Source: Promethearchaeota archaeon (GTDB lineage Archaea; Asgardarchaeota; Lokiarchaeia; Sigyniarchaeales; SOKP01). From it: a stretch of DNA of 36,839 nt. The DNA lies in assembly GCA_030615145.1 (NCBI GenBank), contig JAUWZT010000001.1, positions 1-36,839 of the forward strand, given 5' to 3'. The translations under genes were made by a program, and so were the position numbers. This document shows, piece after piece, positions 1 to 9,037 of this stretch (positions are counted from its first letter, which is position 1; every line of letters starts with the position of its first letter). The notes beneath the pieces are model-generated. The model saw only the letters and a program-made list of their open reading frames with translations. It searched no databases and had not been told where the DNA came from.

Positions 1-947
1 TGGTAATTTATTATATTAAATAAATTATTATAATGAGCTTTAAAGAACGGATTTTGGTTAATATAAGTATTTCTATCAGAGGGTAATTGTGTAAAATTAC
101 TTAAAATTTCTAAATAATGTGATGATGGGTTAGTTACTATAACTGCTGAATTATTAATCATATCATCACTCGGTAAGTCTAAACCAAACATTTCATAAGT
201 CATATCTACATCATCTGTACCCTCAAAAGTTAAATCCAAAGAAGTACAGTTAAAAGAGCCTATATTTAAAACAGGTGATCCTGGTATTAAATTTGGTGCA
301 TTAACACTCCCATCCATAATAAAGGGTGTTGGAAAAAGAGTAGGGATATTTAAAGAATTCATGCCTAAAGCTGGAGATAAAGGCATTTGGATCCTTAGCA
401 TATCCAAATATCCATATTTAGAACCATAATCAGAATAAGAGTAAAAATCTTGAATCTTTCTAGTAGAGGATGATCGCCAACCATCACCAATAAATTCATC
501 ATAACATTCATATTTCCATAATTTATTTGTCATGCTATTGAAATCATAATAATCATAGACTCTGAATACTTCTACATCAGAAAACATCAGAGCTAGGAGC
601 AGAGATGCAAAATCATTCAAATCTAAGTCTTCTATATCAGCATCTAACAAATCCTGTAAATCATCTATAATTTCATCTAATTGGTCTTGGGTTAAATTAA
701 GATCAGAAAATAGATCTAAAAAATCAGACAAATTGTATGGGAAAGGAGGAAGTATTAACATTGCATCTTCATCTTCTGCTTTGTCCAATTCGTTGCTAGG
801 AAGGGGTCTTTGGGTCCCCCAGAGAAGGCTAAACAATAAGATTGAAAATGCAAATGAGGTAACCAATAAAACAGCTATAAGAATTATTTTAACTATTCGT
901 TTTTTATTAATGGTAGAAACTAATAAATCCTCACGAAATTCTGACAT
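1..947 (-). CDS. Membrane-anchored hypothetical protein, N-terminal 315 codons only (3' end runs off the left edge)
   Basis: This ORF is absent from the ORF track because no stop lies in the window. The minus strand from ATG 947..945 is open to position 1. It reads MSEFREDLLVSTINKKRIVKIILIAVLLVTSFAFSILLFSLLWG: a short head and one hydrophobic helix. An acidic linker follows (DQLDEIIDDLQDLLDADIEDLDLNDF), then a Y/D/S/G-rich region. No catalytic motif is visible in the part present. Confidence 0.7.
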   Translation of the reverse strand, partial: MSEFREDLLVSTINKKRIVKIILIAVLLVTSFAFSILLFSLLWGTQRPLPSNELDKAEDEDAMLILPPFPYNLSDFLDLFSDLNLTQDQLDEIIDDLQDLLDADIEDLDLNDFASLLLALMFSDVEVFRVYDYYDFNSMTNKLWKYECYDEFIGDGWRSSSTRKIQDFYSYSDYGSKYGYLDMLRIQMPLSPALGMNSLNIPTLFPTPFIMDGSVNAPNLIPGSPVLNIGSFNCTSLDLTFEGTDDVDMTYEMFGLDLPSDDMINNSAVIVTNPSSHYLEILSNFTQLPSDRNTYINQNPFFKAHYNNLFNIINY

Positions 948-1133
948 ACTTACTCTATTTTACCCTTAACTTTTCCATATTAAGTTTGCAATATTAATTA
1001 AAATAATGATATAAATAATTTTCCTAGTAATTCAAATTTATATGAAATATTGATTAATAAAACCAAATAAACGAAAATATTGAATGTAGATTGTGTTTAA
1101 ATTCACATAAAAAAGTTGAAAAATAAAAATAAT

Positions 1134-2039
1134 TTAAAATTCAAAACCACATTTGGTGCAGACAGATTTCTTTGCAAAAATAGGTTTAGGGATGTAACTT
1201 ATTATTTTTGATTTATCTTCAACCTCCTTAATTGCAAATCCAGTAGCTCCACAATTAGGGCAAATTCTCCTTCCTGATCCAAGTCCTGGGCTTATACTAG
1301 GAGTTGGTGTTGGGTCGGGGGTTGAAATTGGTGTAGAATCGGTTGAAAGTCCAAAAGAAGGGCTGCTACCATATGATGGAGTTTGTGAAGTAATCCCTTG
1401 AGCTAAACTTGATGGCATGACAGCTTTTGGTTCCTTCAATTCTTGAATTCTTCTTTCTTTATAAACGATTTCTTCTTGTAATTTGTTGATTTGGGCTTGT
1501 AATGGGCCAATTTGTTGTTGTAGGGTCATATTTTCTTGTTGAACTTGTTGAAGTTGATTTTGTAATTGGGGAATGTGAGCTTGTAGTTGAGCTTTCTCAT
1601 TATTTAACTGTGTGATTTGACTCTGAAAGCTTTCTATTGTTGTTTGAAGAGATTGAACTTGTCCAGTTAATTGTTTTACTTGACTATCTTTATCCAAAAA
1701 TTGTGCATTTAAATTAGCGTATTGAGCATTAACTTCATTTATCTGATTTTGTAGTTCATTGAGTGTTCTGTCTTTCTCTTGAACCTGAGTCATTATCATG
1801 TTATAATCTGCTTGTGAAGGACCACTAGGCATAGTTGTTTCCGGTTGATAAATGGGAGATTCAAGCGAGGGAGCAGGGGGAGAGGGTGGCGTTAGGGGTG
1901 CTATCGGTGGTGGGGTTATCGTTGGGGGAGGTACTGTTGGGGGAGGCATTGATGGAGGGGGCATAAATGGAGGCTGAACCGGAGGAGGGGCGCGTGGCTT
2001 ATATTCATCTTCGTCATCTCTTTCATTTTCTTCCGACAT
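1134..2039 (-). CDS. Polyproline / Q-rich coiled-coil / C-terminal zinc-ribbon protein (hypothetical)
   Basis: 301-aa ORF. The N-terminus has an acidic patch, then PPPVQPPFMPPPSMPPPTVPPPTITPPPIAPLTPPSPPAP (23 P in 40 residues). The centre is a Q/L/N heptad-like region (QLTGQVQSLQTTIESFQSQITQLNNEKAQLQ...). An S/T/P linker follows. The C-terminus carries CPNCG-x35-CTKCG. Confidence 0.75.
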   Translation of the reverse strand: MSEENERDDEDEYKPRAPPPVQPPFMPPPSMPPPTVPPPTITPPPIAPLTPPSPPAPSLESPIYQPETTMPSGPSQADYNMIMTQVQEKDRTLNELQNQINEVNAQYANLNAQFLDKDSQVKQLTGQVQSLQTTIESFQSQITQLNNEKAQLQAHIPQLQNQLQQVQQENMTLQQQIGPLQAQINKLQEEIVYKERRIQELKEPKAVMPSSLAQGITSQTPSYGSSPSFGLSTDSTPISTPDPTPTPSISPGLGSGRRICPNCGATGFAIKEVEDKSKIISYIPKPIFAKKSVCTKCGFEF

Positions 2040-2169
2040 AATTATCTTCTCTTATTGTTTAAATATAAAAATTACTATAGTTTGTAACTTTAATAGTGGA
2101 TTTAGTTTAAAAATTTTAGTTTAAATTATAGCACAAAGGCGTATTATTTTTTGAAAGGAGCTTTAAAAA

Positions 2170-3258
2170 TTAAAAGCAATTCCAATAGGGATTTAAATGT
2201 TCTTTTAATTCGGGGATTATTTTGTTATTTACATAATTTAAAACTTCTTCACCAGATTTTCTAGGTTTTTCTTCAATTAAATTGTCATCATTATTATTAA
2301 GAACTTGCAAACAATTATATACCCCTTTTGCTTGTTTATCGATCTCGTATCCCCCTTCTAATGTTATTAAAATTCTTCCATTTGCATATTCTTCTGCCAT
2401 AGTCTTTAACCTTTTTAGATAAGTTGCGGGTCCTTGAATTGTCCATCCCATATTGGTTAATCTATCTGTCCAATGAGTGTCGAACCCAGCAGAAATCAAG
2501 ATAAATTCTGGTTTAAATTCTTGACATATAGGGTTTACTATTTCTTCGAAATATAACATTACAATATCTTCGGCAGCTCTTGGAGGCATAGGGTAATTTA
2601 TTATTTTTCCCTCCCCCTTCCCTGAACCTATCTCATCGATAAAACCGCTACCAGGATATAATGTTCTACCGTCTTGGTGAGAGTTAAATATTACGATATC
2701 TCCATTCTCAGATCCTTCATAGAAAATAGACGAAGTCCCATTTCCATGGTGACAATCCCAATCAATTATGGCAACTCTTTTAATATTTTTTTCTCTAAAT
2801 AGATACTCTGTAGCGACAGCGATGTTGTTGAATATACAAAACCCTGAACATTTATAGGCGTTTGAGTGATGTCCTGGAGGTCTAACTGCCGCGAATACAT
2901 TATTGACCTTCCCCTCTAAAATTTCATCAATTCCATTTAAATTACCTCCAACGCTATATAAAGAAGCGTCATAAGTCTTAGCAGATACTGCTGTATCCAT
3001 ATCAAGTTGTTGAATATGTCCAGTAACTTGAGCTATTTCACTAACTTCTTTAACTTCGTTAATTAAGCTCTCTTGATGGACATATTTAATTTGTTCGGTA
3101 GTAGCTTTTCTAGGTTGAATTAATTCGAAATTAGGATTTTCCAACACCTTTTTATCTTTTAAAAAATTCATAATACCAACAAGTCTTTCGTGGCTTTCAA
3201 CATGAACGCCAATTCGATGTTCTAAATAAATAGGATCATATACTATGCCTGTTTTCAT
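2170..3258 (-). CDS. Histone deacetylase-family (arginase/deacetylase fold) Zn-dependent deacetylase, AcuC/HDAH-like
   Basis: The full active-site set is visible: RPPGHH, IIDWDCHHGNGT, SAGFDTH, LEGGYE. The length of 362 aa is typical. Confidence 0.9.
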   Translation of the reverse strand: MKTGIVYDPIYLEHRIGVHVESHERLVGIMNFLKDKKVLENPNFELIQPRKATTEQIKYVHQESLINEVKEVSEIAQVTGHIQQLDMDTAVSAKTYDASLYSVGGNLNGIDEILEGKVNNVFAAVRPPGHHSNAYKCSGFCIFNNIAVATEYLFREKNIKRVAIIDWDCHHGNGTSSIFYEGSENGDIVIFNSHQDGRTLYPGSGFIDEIGSGKGEGKIINYPMPPRAAEDIVMLYFEEIVNPICQEFKPEFILISAGFDTHWTDRLTNMGWTIQGPATYLKRLKTMAEEYANGRILITLEGGYEIDKQAKGVYNCLQVLNNNDDNLIEEKPRKSGEEVLNYVNNKIIPELKEHLNPYWNCF

Positions 3259-3394
3259 TACTATCTCATCTCGAATATTTCAAAGAGTTATAATTACTTT
3301 TTAATTTAGGATTTAATAAATAAAGTATTTACTATTTTTTATTATATTAATTGCTAAAAAAATATAAAGATTTAATAGAAAGTTTTGAAAAAAT

Positions 3395-3907
3395 ATGTTA
3401 TATCGTATTAAAGTAATAATAATTGGAGAAGCCGGAGTCGGCAAGACGAGTTTAGTAAAAAAATTCGTCTCTGGTCACTTTACTAAAGATTATCGAGCAT
3501 CAATAGGTACGAACATGTTTATTAAAAAGTTAGATTTAAACTCAGATAAAAAAGTCTCAATTCAAATTTGGGATATAGCTGGCCAAGAAAAATGGATAAA
3601 TATGAGACATTTATATTATAGAGGGACTCACGGTGCTTTAATTGTTGGAGATCTCATGAGAAGAAATACTTTTGAACAAATAGTACAATTTTGGAGCCCA
3701 GATATGAAAAAATATTGTGCTGAGGTTCCAATAATTTTACTAGCTAATAAATCAGATCTTAATTCAGATATTTCTGAAAACGATGTAGAAATCGTAGGAA
3801 AAAGAATAAATGCTAAATCAATTTTTCATACATCAGCTAAGAATGGGAAAAATGTCGAGAAATCTTTTGAAATGATAGCTAAATATGTTCTAAAAATAAT
3901 AAAATAA
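3395..3907 (+). CDS. Ras-superfamily small GTPase, Rab/Ras-like
   Basis: G1 is GEAGVGKT, switch I is YRASIGTNMF, G3 is WDIAGQE, G4 is NKSD and G5 is TSAK. The protein is 170 aa. It ends ...KYVLKIIK with no Cys-based lipidation motif. Confidence 0.9.
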   Translation: MLYRIKVIIIGEAGVGKTSLVKKFVSGHFTKDYRASIGTNMFIKKLDLNSDKKVSIQIWDIAGQEKWINMRHLYYRGTHGALIVGDLMRRNTFEQIVQFWSPDMKKYCAEVPIILLANKSDLNSDISENDVEIVGKRINAKSIFHTSAKNGKNVEKSFEMIAKYVLKIIK

Positions 3908-3949
3908 CAGTGTTATTCTTAGTTACTTTTTAATTTTAAAATTTTGGTC

Positions 3950-4930
3950 TTATAATTTAATTGCTATTTTGATAAAATTTCTTTCGCCCGGTTCAAGGAA
4001 CTTTTCAAATGCTTGTTGTATATCTTGTATCGGTATTATGTATGATATAAGTTTTTCTGCATTTATCTTATTTTGAGCAAAAAATTTTAAAGACGCAAGT
4101 ATATCGTCTCGATCATGACCAAGAACTCCTTTCAAGCATACCTCTTTAGAGTTAATTAAAAAGATTGGGAAGGAAATACGCCCCTTATGTACACCTTCTA
4201 ATAATACAGTTCCTCCACGCTTTATTAAATCAATTGCCATAAGTAAAGATTGCTCGTTCCCTGCGCAGTCAAATATAAAAGAAGGTTTACCAAATTTTTT
4301 AATAAATTTATTAATTTTGATTATGGTGGGGGGCAACGATTCTGTTGCGCCCATTTCTTTAGCTTTTTCTCTTAAAAATTTTTGAGGTTCAATTACAACT
4401 ATATAATTGGGATCTCTTTCACTAATTAAATAATTTAAAAAGCAAAGACCTATATTTCCTCCGCCAATGATAATTATATTTTGATTTGAAGTGATTTTTG
4501 ATAATTTTGTTCCTCTTATTGCATTGGCAAAGGATTCTATCATTATTGCTTCTTTAATTGAAACAGATTTAGGAATATTGAATAGATATTTTTTAGGTAC
4601 TCGAATGAATTCTGTAAATCCACCGTCCTTAAAGATACCCATCCCATCTAACTGCCCTTGGCTAATATCTAATAAAACATTAATTCCACATACTTTATCA
4701 CCTATTTCAACATTTGTAATGTTACTTCCGATTTCGACAACCTCTCCTGCGAACTCATGGCCCATAATTAATGGCACTTGATACATTTTGATTTTAAAAT
4801 TTGTAACATCGCTTCCACATATTCCACAGTAATGTACTTTCACTATAACATCGTCTGGTCCAGGATTTGGTGTAGGATAATCTTCCTTGTAAGTAATTTT
4901 TTTAATATCTACAAAAACGGCAGCTTTCAT
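3950..4930 (-). CDS. Zinc-type medium-chain alcohol/polyol (threonine/sorbitol-like) dehydrogenase
   Basis: Catalytic-zinc ligand context is present: CGICGSD and GHEFAGEV. The Rossmann motif is IIIGGGNIG. The usual four-Cys structural-zinc lobe is not evident. Confidence 0.85.
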   Translation of the reverse strand: MKAAVFVDIKKITYKEDYPTPNPGPDDVIVKVHYCGICGSDVTNFKIKMYQVPLIMGHEFAGEVVEIGSNITNVEIGDKVCGINVLLDISQGQLDGMGIFKDGGFTEFIRVPKKYLFNIPKSVSIKEAIMIESFANAIRGTKLSKITSNQNIIIIGGGNIGLCFLNYLISERDPNYIVVIEPQKFLREKAKEMGATESLPPTIIKINKFIKKFGKPSFIFDCAGNEQSLLMAIDLIKRGGTVLLEGVHKGRISFPIFLINSKEVCLKGVLGHDRDDILASLKFFAQNKINAEKLISYIIPIQDIQQAFEKFLEPGERNFIKIAIKL

Positions 4931-5088
4931 TTTTCAATCTCTTCTCAAATAATGATTAATTGTTATGAATTCATAAATATAAGTTAGGTCCTTTAATATT
5001 AATATTACATTTTTTATTCTACAAATAATTAAATTTTTTAAATCATCATAAAGTTTTTTGTATGAAAACTTCCAATAATTGATTTATT

Positions 5089-5799
5089 ATGTCAAAAAGA
5101 AAGGAAGAACATATAACAGGCGGCGGTAAGATTCGCAGTGTAATTCTTGGTTTGAACGATGGACTCATTTCAATATTTACATTGTTAGTAGGGGTTGCTG
5201 CAGCAACTTTAATAAAAAGTGGGGATAATACTATTGTACTACTAACTGGAATTGCTGCAATGGTATCCGGAGCAGTAAGTATGGGGCTTGGTGAATATAT
5301 TTCATCAAAATCTGAATATAATTACGTTAAGAATGAAATTAGAAAAGAAAAAGCTGAAATTTTACTTTTTCCTGAAGAGGAGAAGGAAGAAATAAGAGAT
5401 ATCTTTAAAAAAATGGGGATAAAAGAAGAAATTTTAAATCCATGTGTAGAATTTGTTACAGCAAACGAGGAAAAATGGTTGGAGTTTTTAATAAAAAACG
5501 AATTGGGTTTAGAGGAACCTGGAATTCCGATTATAGGAGCGTTATTAACTTTTTTTTCTTTTATTGTTGGAGCCCTTATTCCTCAATTCCCTTATTTTCT
5601 AAATTTAGGGGTAATTTCACTTCTATTTTCTTCAATTTTGTCTCTTAGTTCTCTTTTCATCGTTGGAGGTTTAAAAACTAAAATTACTGGTGAATCAGCC
5701 ATAAAAGGAGGCTTAGAGATGGTTGTTATTGGAGTTGTAGCATTTACAGCATCTTTAGTTATTGGATTATGGTTAGAACAGCTAATTCCGTTATATTAG
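5089..5799 (+). CDS. VIT1/CCC1-family iron/manganese transporter
   Basis: N-terminal signature IRSVILGLNDGLISIFTLLVGVAAA. A central E/K-rich cytoplasmic helix region follows, then C-terminal TM helices. Size (236 aa) and architecture are typical of the VIT family. Confidence 0.8.
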   Translation: MSKRKEEHITGGGKIRSVILGLNDGLISIFTLLVGVAAATLIKSGDNTIVLLTGIAAMVSGAVSMGLGEYISSKSEYNYVKNEIRKEKAEILLFPEEEKEEIRDIFKKMGIKEEILNPCVEFVTANEEKWLEFLIKNELGLEEPGIPIIGALLTFFSFIVGALIPQFPYFLNLGVISLLFSSILSLSSLFIVGGLKTKITGESAIKGGLEMVVIGVVAFTASLVIGLWLEQLIPLY

Positions 5800-5835
5800 T
5801 TTTTAGGTTTCTTTCTAGAAACTTCTATTACAAAA

Positions 5836-6411
5836 TTATGCTTTCATGAAAAACTTTTGATCGTGTTCACAATTAGAGCAAATTTTAGGTATTTTTTTTA
5901 ACTCGACATTTCCACAAATCCGGCAAACATATATGTCTATATCTTCAAAATGTTCTTCTTTATCAAGTTTTTTTAGAAATCTAATGTACAATTTGCTATG
6001 AACAATTTCAGCCATTCTTGCCAAATCAAACGAAAATTCTGCCAAATAAACATCATTTTTTTTAGCATTTTTCATAAATCCTTTATAAATTTTCTTGAAT
6101 TCAAATGTCTCTCCTGCGATTGCTTGGATTAAATTATTTCTGGTATTTCTAACTTGTTTTTTTAAAATTTTTTCTTCAATATTAACGATTGCATTTAAAT
6201 CGACAGATTTTTTCGTAATTTCTTCAATTGCTTTTAAATGGTTTTTTATATGAATCGATTCCGCAATAGAAATGGCTTTAAACAAGTGAGCTATCTCTGG
6301 AAAACCATCATTTAGTGCCTTTTCGGCAAATAGCTCATATTTTCTTTTAGCATTGCTTTCTCCTATTATAGCTTCTTTTAAATTTTCAATAACAACAGAG
6401 ATAAAAAACAC
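5836..6411 (-). CDS. Rubrerythrin (diiron four-helix bundle plus C-terminal rubredoxin-like CxxC...CxxC)
   Basis: The four diiron helices are recognisable: GESNAKRKY, AESIHIKNH, GETFEF, MAEIVHSKL. The C-terminus has CRICGNV...CSNCEH. The only available start is GTG at 6411. Confidence 0.85.
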   Translation of the reverse strand: MFFISVVIENLKEAIIGESNAKRKYELFAEKALNDGFPEIAHLFKAISIAESIHIKNHLKAIEEITKKSVDLNAIVNIEEKILKKQVRNTRNNLIQAIAGETFEFKKIYKGFMKNAKKNDVYLAEFSFDLARMAEIVHSKLYIRFLKKLDKEEHFEDIDIYVCRICGNVELKKIPKICSNCEHDQKFFMKA

Positions 6412-6668
6412 CTATTATTAATTTTTAAAAATTAAGTAAAAAGAAGTCATAACCCGATTATTAACTTATTTATTTTTTAATCTTTCACTAAATTGTCAAT
6501 AGTCGTAAAGAGAGAAACAAGTTTATATTTATTTGTGCCAGGAACCGTGTTTCTTGATCTTTTTGAATTCCTGGATTCATTTGAAGGAAAGAAGTTATCT
6601 GTGAGCATTGGTATAAAAACTATGTCCTATTCAAGAGCTTTAGCATTACATATTCCAATTGTTTTTGT

Positions 6669-6678
6669 AAAAAAAAAA
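6669..6678 (-). terminator. Oligo-T tract (T10 on the minus strand), likely mcm terminator
   Basis: A10 on the plus strand lies about 55 nt downstream of the mcm stop. It is preceded on the minus strand by a small hairpin aattgt-n4-acaatt at about 6705-6720. Archaeal termination typically uses oligo-T. Confidence 0.4.
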
Positions 6679-6731
6679 GTGTTGTTTTAAATTTTTTAAG
6701 ATTTAATTGTCTAAACAATTATAAAATTCTT

Positions 6732-8858
6732 TTAGTCATCTTTATTTGTAAATCTAAGCATATTATTTCTCGGTTCGTATAAAGTTCCTTCCTTTATTAA
6801 CTCCTCAAGAGCGTCTTTGATCCATTTTTCATCTAAATCTTCTTCGAGTTCGAGAATTTGAATAACATTATTCCTCTCTAATGCTTTCCAATTACCATCT
6901 TCAAAAATCTCTTTTAGCCTAGTAAGCATTTTGTCGAGTTTATTTATAGAACTTCTAGATTGTCCAACTAAAATTCGATCCATATCAATTTTTCCCGTCG
7001 TTTCATCATATCCTGTATCTTTTAAAAACCTTTTAAACAATTTAATAACTTCTTCTACATCCTTTTTGATTACCTTGTCCCTTAAAGCCATTTTTGCATA
7101 TGATTCGGATAATCGTACGAGCGCATCTAAGTTTCTCGCTAGAATGGAAACTATTGCGTCTTCACTATCATATTGTCCTCGTAGTTTTAAGTAAAATTCC
7201 TTTATTTCTTCCTTAGCTTCTTCAGTTAAAACTGGATGACAAGTTTTTCTAGCATACTTGATATATTTTTTTAGTAGATCACCTGGAATAGGTGCTATAT
7301 TTCCTATTTTGCTTTCAAAACTGTCATTTGGTCCTTGCATCGAATTCTGTAAAATAAATTCTGCCATTTGTGCATCCTTAGCGGGATCTGGTCTATCTAT
7401 AACAATAAATATCAAATCAAAACGAGATAAAAGAGAAGGAGGTAGATGTATATTTTGTGTAGGTGTTTTATATCTATCGTATCTTCCAGAACGTGGATTT
7501 GCTGCTGCTATAATTGCTGTTTGGGCTTTTAAGGTAGCAACTATCCCTGCTTTAGCAATACTAACAGTTTGTTGCTCCATTGCTTCGTGTAGTGCAGATC
7601 TATCAGAAGTATCCATTTTATCAAACTCGTCTATTGCCGCTACACCTCCGTTTGCTAACACGATAGCTCCTGCTTCAAGATTCATTTGGCCTGTATCTGA
7701 GTCTTTAATAACTGCCGCCGTTAAACCGACAGCTGAAGCTCCTTTGCCAGACGTATATAGCCCGCGAGGTGACACTTCAATAGCACTTTTTAGTATCTCA
7801 GATTTACCTGTACCTGGATCACCAACGAATAGAAGATGAATATCACCTCGTTTATAACCGCCTCCTGGCCTTTTCTTTCTTGTACCTCCAAAAAGGGTTA
7901 AAGCAGTAGCCATTTTAAGTTCTTCTCTTCCATAAATTACGGGTGAAATAGATCTGGCAATTTTCTTTTGTATCATAGGTTCCTTAGATAACTTTTCAAT
8001 CTCTTTTTTATCTTCTTTAGATAATTCGATGAAGCCTTCGCTCTTATCTTCAGGATCGATATAATTTACATCGATAAATGTTTTGAATAGCGTACTATTT
8101 ATGCTTTTTGTAGATTGGGCTAAAACGGATTTATAAGTTCCCATTAATTTTACTCTATCACCTGGCTTTACGATATCAACTAAATCATGGGTTAAAATTG
8201 CTTGGACTGATCTAGGAATTCTGCCAGGTGGCAAATCTTCCGGAATTTCTTGGATCATTACACTTTGCCAATCAATAAATTCTGAGTTTTTTGAAACAAG
8301 CCGAAAATCTGATTGAGATTTAGCTTTACACCTTGGATTAATACAAAAATTAGGCCATTTTATTTTAGAAGTAAGCTGGAGTACTTCAAATTGTGTTTTG
8401 CAGGTCATGCATTCAAATGTCGCTTCTATTAATTTCGGTCGTATCGTTGAGCTCCTAACGAGGATTCCATTAGTCCAGATAAAGTTGTCAATATTTTTTG
8501 CTCTTAACCCTCTCAATGAGATGAATAAAGGGCTCTTATCGTCTTTGGTTATTAATCTTACAAAGTAGTCTTTATCAGTTAATTTACTTCCTTGAAACTT
8601 TAATATGTTTTTAAAAGCTTCTGTTGCGTTTTCTAAAAGAGTTTCGGGATCTTTTCTCAATAGTTCGGCAATTTGAGGGTCGAAGGCTAACAAATCCTCA
8701 TATAATATTATTAAAGTATTACTACCCTTAGAAAAAACATCATTTATTTTATCTTGGTACTTATAAATTCCAGGTTTATCTTCAAATAACCTGTAAAAAT
8801 CTTCAAAACGTGAAATTTTATGAATCGGTACACTAGGACGGGATATTGGCGTTGTCAA
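6732..8858 (-). CDS. mcm: MCM replicative helicase
   Basis: Zn motif CMTCKTQ...CINPRC. Walker A GDPGTGKS, Walker B AAIDEFDKM, sensor/Arg finger PPSLLSRFDLIF, and MEQQTVSIAKAGI. A C-terminal winged-helix-like tail is present. At 708 aa there is no intein. The start is TTG, with no in-frame ATG for more than 140 codons. Confidence 0.97.
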   Translation of the reverse strand: MTTPISRPSVPIHKISRFEDFYRLFEDKPGIYKYQDKINDVFSKGSNTLIILYEDLLAFDPQIAELLRKDPETLLENATEAFKNILKFQGSKLTDKDYFVRLITKDDKSPLFISLRGLRAKNIDNFIWTNGILVRSSTIRPKLIEATFECMTCKTQFEVLQLTSKIKWPNFCINPRCKAKSQSDFRLVSKNSEFIDWQSVMIQEIPEDLPPGRIPRSVQAILTHDLVDIVKPGDRVKLMGTYKSVLAQSTKSINSTLFKTFIDVNYIDPEDKSEGFIELSKEDKKEIEKLSKEPMIQKKIARSISPVIYGREELKMATALTLFGGTRKKRPGGGYKRGDIHLLFVGDPGTGKSEILKSAIEVSPRGLYTSGKGASAVGLTAAVIKDSDTGQMNLEAGAIVLANGGVAAIDEFDKMDTSDRSALHEAMEQQTVSIAKAGIVATLKAQTAIIAAANPRSGRYDRYKTPTQNIHLPPSLLSRFDLIFIVIDRPDPAKDAQMAEFILQNSMQGPNDSFESKIGNIAPIPGDLLKKYIKYARKTCHPVLTEEAKEEIKEFYLKLRGQYDSEDAIVSILARNLDALVRLSESYAKMALRDKVIKKDVEEVIKLFKRFLKDTGYDETTGKIDMDRILVGQSRSSINKLDKMLTRLKEIFEDGNWKALERNNVIQILELEEDLDEKWIKDALEELIKEGTLYEPRNNMLRFTNKDD

Positions 8859-9037
8859 GCAGATTCACCTTTAAAATAATAGTAATATACCAAAGTTATT
8901 TTTGGTGATATTTTAATTTGATATATTAACGATTTAAGCTTATTAAACTGCAAATAAAATTTGTCGGAAAAAAATCATGGGAGAGAAATGATTTAGTGAT
9001 ATACTCCATATGGTTTTTCATAATCCTAAAAGAAATG

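Noticed and set aside
733-969. 78-aa plus-strand ORF from the track
   Set aside because: It starts at TTG and has low-complexity sequence. It lies almost entirely antisense within the much longer open minus-strand frame (1..947), which has a clear ATG, a TM helix and coherent composition.
5442-5648. Same-strand alternative-frame ORFs: 5442-5648 inside the VIT gene and 16707-16895 inside top6B. Also minus-strand ORFs inside the GRE and valS genes (29814-30077, 30214-30423, 32153-32473, 32795-32992).
   Set aside because: They are embedded in genes whose main frame carries family-defining motifs. There is no independent evidence for overlapping genes.
6493-6690. 65-aa TTG-start ORF in the rubrerythrin/mcm intergenic region
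   Set aside because: It shows no motif and has a non-ATG start. It spans the region expected to hold the mcm terminator (T10 on the minus strand) and the rubrerythrin promoter. An inverted repeat ccaggaa-n23-ttcctgg lies inside it (about 6549-6585) but was not compelling alone.
7258-7839. 193-aa plus-strand ORF. The same applies to 4491-4781, 4778-4987, 6931-7194, 9483-9998, 10485-10679, 11433-11651, 13218-13502, 13949-14164, 14674-15039, 15437-15700, 15971-16270, 16988-17899, 18332-18661, 19574-20164, 21526-21897, 26529-26714, 27620-28099, 35307-35504 and 36454-36654.
   Set aside because: All lie wholly or largely antisense within (15437-15700 spans the top6A/top6B junction) strongly supported genes such as mcm, top6A/B, coaBC and MoxR. 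Their products are S/I/F/L-rich mirror-frame sequences with no motifs. Such shadow ORFs are expected in AT-rich coding DNA.
6732-8858. Intein or other insertion in MCM
   Set aside because: The length of 708 aa is standard. The Walker A, Walker B and Arg-finger blocks are contiguous at normal spacing.
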